This document shows, piece by piece, positions 1 through 11,200 of a DNA stretch of 64,000 bases (the stretch's first letter is position 1; each line of letters opens with the position of its first letter). The stretch is taken from the NCBI GenBank assembly GCA_964036045.1, contig OZ038378.1, forward strand, positions 82,894,001-82,958,000. The letters are read 5' to 3'. The DNA comes from Eutreptiella sp. 'Long Island Sound 2002' (taxonomy: Eukaryota > Protista > Euglenida). Made by a program: the position numbers and the translations under genes. The notes beneath the pieces are model-generated. The model worked only from the letters and a program-made list of their open reading frames with translations, had not been told where the DNA came from and searched no databases.

Positions 1-179
1 TAAGAATAGCCTGCTTGCCTTCTCACAAGTCTAGCCCATGCTACCCGTGGGGGTGCAGGTGCCTCTGGGGGGGGGGGGGGCAGCGCAACACAAATGCCTG
101 GCTGTACCTAAAGGTGTGAAGTGGCAGCACATGCAGCAGGACGCCAGAATTCAAATCCATGGTACAGTCAATGAGCGGT

Positions 180-470
180 GGCATGTTGCGTTTCGTAATG
201 GTTCCGGAAGCCAATCAATAGGGCCGTTGCACGCACGGGTGGTGGTGTGGTTTGGCGATCAAAATTCCCGATGATGAAGGGCCAGTGCCACTGCACGAGA
301 AGCAATCTATTACGAGGTCAGAATTGACAGCATTGGTGTTGGTGCTTGAAAAGACGAAACCACGGGTGAAGTTACACGTTGTCACTGACAATGAACTCAT
401 TTTTCCCGGCTCGAGGGGTAAGTGTGGAAAATGGATGCGCCATGGGTGCGGTCACGCGTCATGGGTCATG
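180..470 (+). pseudogene. Frameshifted RNase H1-like domain remnant
   Basis: ORF 38..274 ends FRNGSGS..VVVWFGDQNSR; ORF 252..560 gives QSITRSELTA..VVTDN..G..KW.RHG. Together these fit RNase HI motifs (DGS, GVWFG, QxxxRxEL, TD, W..GW). Confidence 0.7.
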
Positions 471-1075
471 TGTCCGCACAGGCGGGACACACCAGGGGGT
501 GCCACCGCTTGGATGCTATCCTGGTCTCTTCGCGGTGCTCATGGAATGTTAGCCCCATGACATACCTTACTGTCGCCATGCCCACCTCCGACCACCGACT
601 CGTCCTAATGACTAAAGGCCTCACCTCCACGGACTGTGAGTCCTTCATCAGAGCCACATACCCTGCAAAGAAGTGGAATGTTCGGCAAGAGCGAGCTGCG
701 GGGCAGGAGACACAACACATATTCGCCGGGCAAGACACCCAACTGAACGCAGCACAACGCGCTGATGCGGTCCCCAAGGCGGTGGCGCAGGCCGTCATTC
801 CACAGGGGAAGCGCACCAAGCGGACCCGTCTCAAAACTAACACGCAACAGTGGCACGAACACTTCCAAGTGGCCAAGAAGCGCATCACGCAGGATCTTCA
901 CGAAGTGGGCAACAAGCGCCTCTATGCCATGCGTCATGCTGCCCTCCAAAGATGTGGTGTTCTTCCGCTTGACCAAAAGCTGGACCCGCGGACCATTGAA
1001 GCCCACGCAAAAGCAACCCAGTCTTGACCTGGCGCGCGCTTTGCTGGCCAACTTCAGTGGCAACCCCCATATCAC

Positions 1076-3153
1076 ATGTCGGCCATTGAAGCACCCCTCC
1101 CACAGCTCATCCCACAAGGGCAGATGACTGATGACCCAACAAGCTTCGATGAGTGCAAAAGGGCATGTATGGGCAAGCACAAGAAAGCCGTGGGCCCTGA
1201 TGGGGTTTCGCATCGCTTGTTCAGTATGCTGCCAGACGATACGCTACACACATTGTATGAGGGGGTGTTGCAAGTATGGAGATCAGGACATGTGCCGCAG
1301 CAGTGGTTGCAGCTTGAGGTGGTGTTGATGTACAAGAAGAGGGATCCTGACTGCCCCAAGAATTATGGACCCATTGGTGTGACCAACAGTATATATCCCG
1401 TTATCAAGAAGCACTACAGACCCCGTCTGCAGCGCCTCGTGGACCGGGTTGCTAGCCTCGAGCCGTATGGGTCAAGGCCTTTGCACACCGCAAATGAGCA
1501 AGCTGCAAACGTAGTCAACTCCCTCCATGAGCACAAAATGGAGGGCCGGGAGCCCTTTGTTGTTTTGTTGGATGTTGCCAAAGCCTTCCCGTCCACAATC
1601 AATGGGGTCATTTTCTTCATCCTGAACCATGCCGGGCTCCCGCCAAACTATGTGATCGCCTTCCGCACGATCTATGCACATACTGACACGTACACGGACA
1701 TACAAGGAGAACGGATCTATTTCAAGCCCACGCGGGGCGTCAAAGAAGCATGCCCCTGCTCCCCGCTCTTGTTCGCTATTGTACATGAGTTGTTGATCAA
1801 GCGTTTGATCGCCAAGTACCCGGACACATTCGTTTATGTTCATGATATTGCCATCATTGTCAAAGATTCTTCTGAATTGGAACAACTCCTCGCCGACCTC
1901 TCCGCTTTGGGGTCCCAGCTCTAGTTGAATCGTAAGATGAAAGAAGTGTATCACTTCCACAGACCACGGCCCTCGGGCGCTACCTTAGGGGGTGCTCAGC
2001 AGGCAAAGCACATGTGGTGCAAGTATGGAGATCAGGACATATCCCGCAGCAGTGGTTGCAGCTTGAGGTGGTGTTGATGTACAAGAAGGGGGATCCTGAC
2101 TGCCCCAAGAATTATGGACCCATTGGTGTGACCAACAGTATATATCGTGTTATCAAGAAGCACTAGAGACCCCGTCTGCAGCGCCTCGTGGACCGGGTTG
2201 CTAGCCTCGAGCAGTATGGGTCAAGGCCTTTGCACACCGCAAATGAGCAAGCTGCAAACGTAGTCAACTCCCTCCATGAGCACGAAATGGAGGGCCGGGA
2301 GCCCTTTGTTGTTTTGTTGGATGTTGCCAAAGCCTTCCCGTCCACAATCAATGGGGTCATTTTCTCCATCCTGAACCATGCCGGGCTCCCGCCAAACTAT
2401 GTGATCGCCTTCCGCACGATCTATGCACATACTGACACGTACACGGACATACAAGGAGAACGGATCTATTTCAAGCCCACACGGGGCGTCAAAGAAGGAT
2501 GCCCCTGCTCCCCGCTTATGTTCGCTATTGTACATGAGTTGTTGATCAAGCGTTTGATCGCGAAGTACCCGGACACATTCGTTTATGTTCATGATATTGC
2601 CATCATTGTCAAAGATTCTTCTGAATTGGAACAACTCCTCGCCGAGCTCTCCGCTTTGGGGTCCCAGCTCTAGTTGAATCGTAAGATGAAAGAAGTGTAT
2701 CACTTCCACAGACCACGGCCCTCGGGCGCTACCTTAGGGGGTGCTCAGCAGGCAAAGCACATTTGGTGGGGATAGCATTGCCTCGACTTCAAGGACCCCA
2801 TGTTCACTTACTTGGGCCACACCATCGCTGGTGTAGGGTATAGGGGTAAGGCTAGGGATGCGCTCTTCGCCGCCCTACAAGCTCAGGTAGCCGCATACAC
2901 CATCCTCCCGTTGACAAGGTTTGAGCGGGCACAAATCGTCAATTCGGTACTCATCCCCAGGTGGGTGTATAAGAGTCTCTTTATGTGGGATGTGTGTTGG
3001 GGCAACAGCTTGGAGACCGCCTTCGAGAAGTTTGTCATGCAGGCTCCTTGCGTGGAAAAGTACCTGCAGTACCGCATCTACACGGACGTCAGGGAAGGGG
3101 TCTGGGCCTCCACATCCGATCCTGGGCCGGTTTATGCGGCCTTATCCAGCTAG
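1076..3153 (+). pseudogene. LINE A reverse transcriptase, internally duplicated and inactivated
   Basis: ORFs 1076..1924, 2188..2673 and 2800..3153; catalytic motif reads FVYVHDIA instead of xxDD; in-frame TAG after GSQL in both copies. Confidence 0.9.
1271..2768 (+). repeat. 749-bp tandem duplication inside LINE A RT (1271-2019 / 2020-2768)
   Basis: caagtatggagatcagg starts at 1271 and 2020; paired ORFs are offset by exactly 749; roughly 15-20 substitutions by eye. Confidence 0.97.
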
Positions 3154-5499
3154 TCCAACCGGCCTTGCGAGTTCCACACAGGCCTATGACGAGGCATACC
3201 AACTCAGGTCATCTCCCACACATGGTGGAGAAGTACCGTAAAATCTTGCTATCCTTTGGTATGGAAATGGGGTGCCTCCCTCGCGCCGGCCCATCGGCAG
3301 GTTGAAAGGCACCCAAACGGGCCCACGATGACCTCGAGTCACTCTTCGATGATGAGGACTCCGATGATTGCAGGTTTGAGTCGCTTGCGCCCCACCTGTA
3401 CCTCCAAACCCTGCGTCCCAAGAGCGGCACTAGTCCCGTGCAACCCAACGTTGAGCAATGGGGACGTGCCTACACCAGCAAGGGCAACCCACGGGGTCGA
3501 CGTGGTACAGTGGCGGCGGCCTGTTGGAAGGGCGCGCCGGCAGAGGGGTGGTCAACGGACCTATGCGCATCGAGGCGAGAGTACCGGGCCCGCAGACAAT
3601 TGATAGGGCTGAAATGTACGGCGTATGGATCGCGGCGTGCCTAGCCCAACAGGGGGACTCTATCGTGCTTGACAACTGGGCTGCGGCTTGATGCGTCTCC
3701 AAGCCACCGAGCCCACAATCGGCCGACTATAATTTGCACGACGCAGCGTATCAGCTTGTCTCCACCAAGGCACTCCAAGTATGTTGGGCGCGTGGGCATC
3801 ACGACCCCAAAAAGGCGCATAGGTTGCAAGAATATCAAGACAGGATTGGCAACGAATTGGCCGACCTGGCAGCCCGAGCGGGCAGTACCATGCACGCTTG
3901 CTGTGGTCTGGGCAGCACATCGCTCGCGGATATCCTCTTGAACAACCATGTAATGCCGTCCCCTGCCCGTAAGTACATCATCAAATCACGCCCCCAGAAG
4001 CTGGTACCTAAGGCGCATTGGACGTCATGGCTACCTTTGCGTGCGGTCAACCGAGATAAGTGGGGTCCATGGTTTTGGGGGACACTGCGATGGCCAGGTT
4101 TTGGGGCACCCTAGGAAATCGGGCCGCTGCTGTGCCTACGGTGCGGACTGCGCCACGGTCTCGCAGTGCACAAGCGCCTTTTGTCATGGCCCTCCGAATC
4201 CCGGTTTTGGGAGATTTGACCGACACATGGGAGACATGGAAACCGGAGGGAACCAAGTGGCGAAAAAACGGCGTCCACCGACGAACTGCGCATGTGCACC
4301 CCCTTGCAGTTCCCACACTCCCTTCAACGATCCTTCCTTCGAGGCCAGGCGCACTCGAGGTTGGTAGTTGCCACATGGCACTTCCACGTATTCCAGCGAT
4401 TGCAGGCGTGGGTCGTTGACAAGCTGCGGCACGCCCCATCTTTCGTCAGCAATAAGCGGCCACACACATCCTTTCACTTGTTGCTTGGGCCCTGCCTCAG
4501 GTAGCTAAACCTACGGCCCGCAACATTTGGAACCACGTGAGAGGTGTTCTGTCGATCCCCCCGCGATCAGAGCCACGATTCACAGATACCGCGCCCACGG
4601 TGGAGGAACTTCGGTGGCAATTGACACAAGCAATCACCACCGCTGAGCGCACATCGGTCTTAGAGGCCTGGCCCGGCACCGCCATGTAGCACCGCCGCGC
4701 AAGCGGCCCAAAGAACCGTAGCCGCCACCGGCACACACACCGGCGTCACTGCCGCGTGAGTCTCGTGAATTCCATGCCGGACCGTTCTTGGAACAGGCCA
4801 CGCGGGTCATGCTACACGCCCAAACGCAAGCCGCACGACTCTGCTTGGAGGAGGTGGCACAGCCACTCGCCTGGCAAGCCATCACTCAGAGGCCCGTCTT
4901 CTTGGCACACCACCACGAGCACTTGTGCCGGCAAGCGTATTTCCTCTACAAGGAACACACCGTCCGGTGGTACGTAGATGCGCAACAGGCGCTCTACCAT
5001 TTGTCCTCCATGACGCACTCCCGCCGACTATGCTTCCGCCAGTGGCGCACGGCTCTCCTCACCGAGGCGCGGTCCACGGTGTCGCGCAAGCTCGCCGCGG
5101 CATCCTCGGGTTGGGAGCTGGCACATGTTTCGCTGCCCACCAACATCCAAGCGGAAGAAGCATCCGAATGGCGGCATATGTCCCAAGTGCACGCAGTGAC
5201 CCTGACGGCCTTACGGCAGACGCTTGTGTCGGACCCCCGATGGGACATCCAAGGGGCCACCGCACAGCGCACGAAGCACTTGCACGACGAGAACCCACCC
5301 GAGACACACAAGAAGCGGAGGACACAGACACTGGAGGTTCCTTGTGATCTCCAGGATATGAAAATCCCGCTGGAGGACATGGACGACGTCATTGTCTCGA
5401 CTGGATTGTAGCACCCCGAGAGGTCCGGGGGGACGCGCATACCCGTGTAAACGGGGCGACAGGGGTGGGGCACGGCGCACTCGGCAAGACTCGTTCCTC

Positions 5500-5830
5500 T
5501 GGCCACCCCGCCGCAGCCGTCTTGGTGAGGGTAGGTCATACCAAACCCATACCCAAAGTTGGCCTTGTCACTGACCCATGACCCGCTATATGTACTCTAA
5601 ATGGACACTTGGTGGAACTTTGGTCACAAGTTGAAACGAAAAAGAAAGATGGCACGTGCGTCGCTATGCACGAAATTTTGGCACAAGTGGCGGCTACTTG
5701 GAGACGGTGTAACGGTGCAGTGGGTTTCCTCGCATGTCGGTGTGCAGGGAATGAATGGGCATATGCAAGGGTACGCAACGGGGGCGACACAGGCTTTTCA
5801 AGAAGTGTTACAAGACAAGGAGGTCATGGA
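5500..5830 (+). pseudogene. Second RNase H1-like remnant
   Basis: TKPIPKVGLVTD, then YVL, then VTVQWVSSHVGVQG|NEWA (frameshift), matching the WVxxHxGxxGNExAD motif; shares ttgtcactgac with the remnant at ~380. Confidence 0.7.
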
Positions 5831-6977
5831 CATCTAGGGTGACTTAGGCCTCCACGAAGCGGATGAGTATAGTGATAATATGCGGGGGGGGGGTCGCTGG
5901 AGGGGGTCCAAGTTGATACTGAATATGACAAGGAATCCATAGATGACTCTGACAGTCATTTCACAGATGACTCCAACTTCCTTTCCACAAATCACCCTGA
6001 CAACGCTCAGCTGTGTCAATGGGAGCTCACCGCTTTGCGAGGGTGGGGGATTAGCTGACCCAAACCATCATGTGAAACGTTCGATAGCCTACATGCGAAC
6101 GCAAGGCAACATTGAGTACCGGTTTCGATCCACCGCAGAAAATTCATGACCTATGACCCCTCGCCTCTAACACGGGGGCGTTAGGTACTAAAGTATCTAT
6201 TGCTTCGTGGCCTCCACTTGTGGGTAGAGTGGTGCATTTGGTGTTCGGATGGTGAGCAGTGCACAACTCGCATTTTGCAACACGACGATGAGTGGTGATC
6301 AATTTTCCGAAAGTGGGCCCGGAGTTCAAGTTGGGAAGATCTTGCATCCAACGCAATCCAATGGTGAAACCACACCCTCCTCCCCATTCGCTTAGTCCCC
6401 CACCTTGCCACACTTGGATCACAATTGCCGCCTCCTTGTGATTGTGCCCGCAAGCGCCCCTCCTGAGACCCCACTTCTAGCCGGGGAGTCTTTGGACGAC
6501 CATCCCAATGCTCCGTAGGAGGCTGTCCCCCCATGCTCTAATACCACCTAACTCTCACACCGTGGAACCGCCCATGCGACGCATGTTCGTGGCTACGGCA
6601 TCTTGGCTGCAGTGTGCCATGCCCTCATCAATGGCCAAGGCAACCCTACAGCCCAATTGCAGCAATTTGAGTTATTGCTCTATGACAACGGACACTAGTC
6701 TAACGTCGCCTCCACCACAGCAAGCAAGGACCCACACAACACCTTCCGGTGGAAGTGCGCTTCCAAACACATCACGGGCCAAAGTAGGTCGCACGCCTGG
6801 AGACTACACCTGCCCATGCAACTAATGCCCAGACTTACGCAAGCACTACAAACCATCAAACAGGAAGAGGAAAATGCCGGAAACCCCGGACCCTACTAGC
6901 TCATTGCAACTGACTACGAGAGCCTATACATCCTGGGGCAACAGTACACTGAACATAAAGAAGACAAAATCACGTCG

Positions 6978-7886
6978 GTGCAGGAAATTGTAGACGACAT
7001 AGACAGGGAGCAACTGGAGCTAGGAGGGAGCATCGCATCCTTCCTCAAAGGCTTCCGACCAGTCGACTCTTACCGTTTGCTCATACAGTTTCACCCAGAC
7101 GCAGACCGACGCTTGATTGCTCAACTACTGAAGGGCATGAAAAGCTATGAACCGGTCCACGTGATGACCAACGTCACACTAAACCGGAACAACTGGACAC
7201 GGTCAACAAGTCGCTCCAAGGACATCAAATGGCCACCCAAACGAACCAAAAGCGACGCCACGACGGTGTTCGTAGGGTGGACACAGGGCGTAGGAGACGA
7301 CACGGCAAAGGTCATAGCATCCTTTTTTGGATGTTGGAGCAGCTGGAAGCCCGAACCCAACATGTGGAGCAAGATGCCGCAGGAGACGGGCGACGACGCG
7401 GCATTCCGGAGACGCATGAAGGTAGTGAAACAGCTGGGCGCTGACATGATGACAGAACGGGTCATCAGGGAAGTCAACAACGAAAAACAGTTCCTCGCAG
7501 AGCCCATCAACGTGGCGGACGGGGACCAGGCCATCATGACCGAACTCGGCCATACTAACGATGACATGATGCCATTAGACCTCCAACCGCATCTGGCCAC
7601 AATGGATACGGATCGACCCCACGACCAACAACCCAACAACACGGGCATACCCATACCTCCACACCCACGACCGCCAAACCAATCACAGAAAACAAAAGCT
7701 CACAACAAAACACCACAAAAAAACCCTACAAAGACGACACCGCCACCCAAAAAGAAGAAGGCGACACCAACATCCCCACAACCCAACCAGCAAACAGATG
7801 GGACGGCCGCTTTCACCGCCGACACCAAATACAAAGGAAAAGTGAAGGGGCCGTCAAAAAACCCACAGAGCAAAGGAAAAAAGTGA
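6978..7886 (+). CDS. LINE B ORF1-like protein (302 aa; mixed-fold core then K/P/T-rich basic tail)
   Basis: Long open frame directly upstream of ORF2, stop overlapping the ORF2 start (aagtgaggtg); no named domain recognised. Confidence 0.6.
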   Translation: MQEIVDDIDREQLELGGSIASFLKGFRPVDSYRLLIQFHPDADRRLIAQLLKGMKSYEPVHVMTNVTLNRNNWTRSTSRSKDIKWPPKRTKSDATTVFVGWTQGVGDDTAKVIASFFGCWSSWKPEPNMWSKMPQETGDDAAFRRRMKVVKQLGADMMTERVIREVNNEKQFLAEPINVADGDQAIMTELGHTNDDMMPLDLQPHLATMDTDRPHDQQPNNTGIPIPPHPRPPNQSQKTKAHNKTPQKNPTKTTPPPKKKKATPTSPQPNQQTDGTAAFTADTKYKGKVKGPSKNPQSKGKK

Positions 7887-8233
7887 GGTGCCTTTTCCTC
7901 ATGCCCTTGATTGCCATAATGGCCCTCCACCTACTCATGGTCCCCACCATACATACAGAAGGACGAGTGCTCCTGCTCTCTATGATACGGAGAGTGCGCA
8001 GGCGATACACCTTGCCCCTTCAACAACGGCACGGCAAGAAGCAGGCCCCGACCCCTCACAACTACCGTATGTGGCGCCCCTGCTTGTTACTACTCTATAT
8101 TGCCTGCTTCTTCCACACCCCGACCGCCCCTAGCACGGGGGTACCAAGCCGCTACTACCACACACCGGTATCCATCGCTACGGTCATCAGCCCCCACAAC
8201 ACACGTTTCAACAACAACTTGGTCCTCCAATGT

Positions 8234-8260
8234 GGGGACGTACACCCCAACCCCGGACAC
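8234..8260 (+). other. 2A-like (StopGo) motif GDVHPNPGH upstream of LINE B APE
   Basis: ggg gac gta cac ccc aac ccc gga cac in the ORF 7883 frame; final Pro replaced by His (ccc>cac). Confidence 0.75.
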
Positions 8261-11200
8261 CGAAGGATATACCAGCCCGGCGTGACTGCCGCCTTGTACC
8301 GGGACCCCCCGTCTCTCTTCTCGACATAGAGGAATACGCACAGCACCTGGTGGTCAACACGAATCGACGGTACGACAGCCCAGATAACACGACCAACACA
8401 CAAGACCGAGACATGAAACTGGCCACCTGGAACATACAGGGCGCACAAGGCTCCGTTACGTTACAGCGCTGGGCCAGTGTCCTCCACATGATCAGCCAGT
8501 GTCGTCTCGACCACTGCGGCATTCAAGAATACAACCTGTGCTTCCCTAAGCCGGAGGCAGCCACAACATTACCCAACAACGACTACAAGTGCTACGCTGC
8601 ACCCGGGAACGAACCACAAGTAGCATTCATCCTCCGCAACACGGTGGTTCCCTACGTTCTCGAAACGTTGTACTCACCTAACGGATCAGCGGAGGCCATT
8701 ACGCCGCAGCTCTCCAATAGTCCCCGCCGGACCATAGCTTGCGTGTACTCCAAATTCAGCCATCGGGACCAGCAAAGAGGTTGACCTCTTTCTGCAGTCC
8801 CTCCAAGCATATGACATTATATTGGGGGAATACAATGATGACACATGGTCGTCAAACGCGACACGCCCGTGGCAACACGACCCAGCCAACAGCGTGTTCC
8901 TCAACCTGTTACACGCAAGTAGTCGGCCGCCCGACCCCCAACAATACTACACCCGCATACCAAGGCATGGACCACCACGTGGCATGGACGCCATATTGAT
9001 TAGGCAACAAATACCCAACATACCCTGGACACAATACAAATGCCCATATCGGACCAGGCGCTAGTTTTATTTGGCATCCGCTGGTGGATAAGGGCCCCCG
9101 ATCCACCCCGCAAGAAAACCATAGCCCTGGGTCTCGACGTGGTACGACGCAGGCTGCACCTACGCCTCGCTCCAGTACCAGCATGCCATGGCGGTGGTCC
9201 TCAGCGCCGGGCGATACATAGGAGTAGCACCCAGCGAATACATGCACATAACGCTAGGAGACGACAAAACGGACACATAGGTAACAGAACGCATCGACCA
9301 GATGCTCACACACTTCTAGCGCTTTACCAACTCCATATCCACCCTACCCGTGAAGGATACCGACCCACCCCTACACAGAGCACGGCGCATCCTGTCGGCT
9401 ATCGCACACGCAGCAAGACCACGACAATCCACACGCACCAAAACGCCAACCGCAGCAACCTCGTCTAAAACCTCAGATCCCACAGCACGGTTACGTGAAT
9501 ACGGGGAGGCACAAGAACACCACATACAGAAACAAATTGGCAAACTCCGCCGGGCATGCAGTGCACAGATCCGGTTACTTCTACAAAATGGTCAAGAGAT
9601 GGCTCACCGGACTCATAGCACAAGACAGGCCGTAGCCCCCAATAGGAGGAACACAACACGTTCTGAACCACTTTGCTGGCGACCCAACGTACGACACAGA
9701 CGCGTGCCAACGACTAATGCGGAAACATGTACGACATCACACATGGAACACCTCAACCCCAACATACGAGGAATACCTGAGGTGCCTGCGGGCACCAAAG
9801 AACAAATCAGCCCGACCCGATGGGGTACCACCGCACCTGCTCCGGCACCTACCTAACCACATACAGCAACAACTGTACCAGGCGATCATTGCGGTCCGGA
9901 ATGGACAAAACGTCCTAGTTGCCTGGCTGCGGTCAAGGGTAGTGCTCATATATAAAAAAAAGGCCCCGCAGGACCCACGAAACTACAGGCCGATCTAGGT
10001 ATCCACCATATATAGCATACTCACACGCCTCCTCCTGATGCGTATATCTAGAGCCATGACCCCGGGACTACTAGGCATACAACACGGCGCCATGCAGGGC
10101 GAAACACCACGACCCTAGCCACAAAACTACTCAATGACCTACACACACAAGACGGGTACGTGGCCCTCCTCGACGTAGCCGAAGCTTTCCCCTCGGTCCC
10201 TCGACCAATGCTGACCGGGATCGTCACGGAGGCAGGTGCACCAGAAAACATCATACGGATGCTGCGGGAAATTTACTAGCACACACCGGCCGTATTGTCC
10301 CTCCACGGACGGGACCTCCCCATACGTCCCACCAGGGGCCCCCTCTCCCCCATACTATTCCTCTTATACTACGACATACTACTAAGGGAAACCAAAGAGC
10401 GATGCCCGGGAGCCCACCTTTACGTGTTCGTTGATGACATCGCGGTACGCGCGCCCACGATGGAATCACTATTGCACACCCTAGACACACTCCACGAAGT
10501 GGCGTATACAATGGGGCTACGCTTCAACAAGGACAAAACCGAAGTATACCACTGCGCCAAGGACTATAACCTTGAACCTTTCACATGGTAGCACCAGCTT
10601 ATCAACGCACGGCCACCCACATTGACGTATCTGGGCTTGTACTAGCCCATCCCACACAAGAAGACACAGCGTGGGATATGGTTACCACACAGTCGTATAG
10701 GACCCTACCGCTTAACGCCTACGAAAACGTAGCCATTATAAACGCCGTCCTCATCCCTCGATGGACCTACAGGGGGCTATTTCTCGGGAACAGAGCACGG
10801 ATGGCTCTATGGGACGACATACTCCTACAGTACATAAGGAACACAACGGGAATAGACCAACAAATGAACAAACATCGACTAACAACCAACCTGAGCAACG
10901 GGGGACTAGGTCTACGTCCGTTATGGTGGTCCTACATCACCCTGTGGGTCACACTGGGGCAGCAAGAACTACAGAACAACAGCCGGCACACAACAGCTCA
11001 CCACAACCCAAAATAAATACATCGACGCTGTCCGTGCCCTAGGGGGCACGGTGGGCAAGCGGATATCCTAACGCGGGCAACACCGCCCCCTGTCGGCGGG
11101 CCTATACAACTCGGAGAGCTCGGAGGAGGACCAAGAGACACATGCGGGAAAAACGCGACCGGCCACCAACCGCTTGGAGTATGGCTGGATGAACCCGCCA

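Larger units (their letters stand above)
470..5411 (+). mobile_element. 5'-truncated, decayed non-LTR retrotransposon (LINE A): APE C-terminus, RT, RNase H, CCHC-like finger, long C-terminal extension
   Basis: RLDAILVS..SDHRLV (APE end, 422..1027); GPDGV, YKKRDP..NYGPI, LLDVAKAFPS, GVKEGCPCSPL (RT, 1076-2673); LTRFERAQIVNSVLIPRW (2800-3150); VPGPQTIDRAEMYG..IVLDN, WARGH, IGNELADLAA (RNase H, 3458-3900); CLRCGLRHG near 4130. 3' end not defined. Confidence 0.9.

Noticed and set aside
455-5585. ~17-bp inverted repeat (455-472 vs 5569-5585) as TIRs around LINE A
   Set aside because: Short, lies within RNase H coding remnants, partly due to a 7-bp local duplication, and LINEs do not have TIRs.
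180-5830. One RNase H gene split in two by LINE A
   Set aside because: Both pieces contain the same VTD region, so they are two paralogues, not complementary halves.
6882-6893. NPGP in LINE B ORF1 as a 2A
   Set aside because: Preceded by ENAG; lacks the GDxE core.
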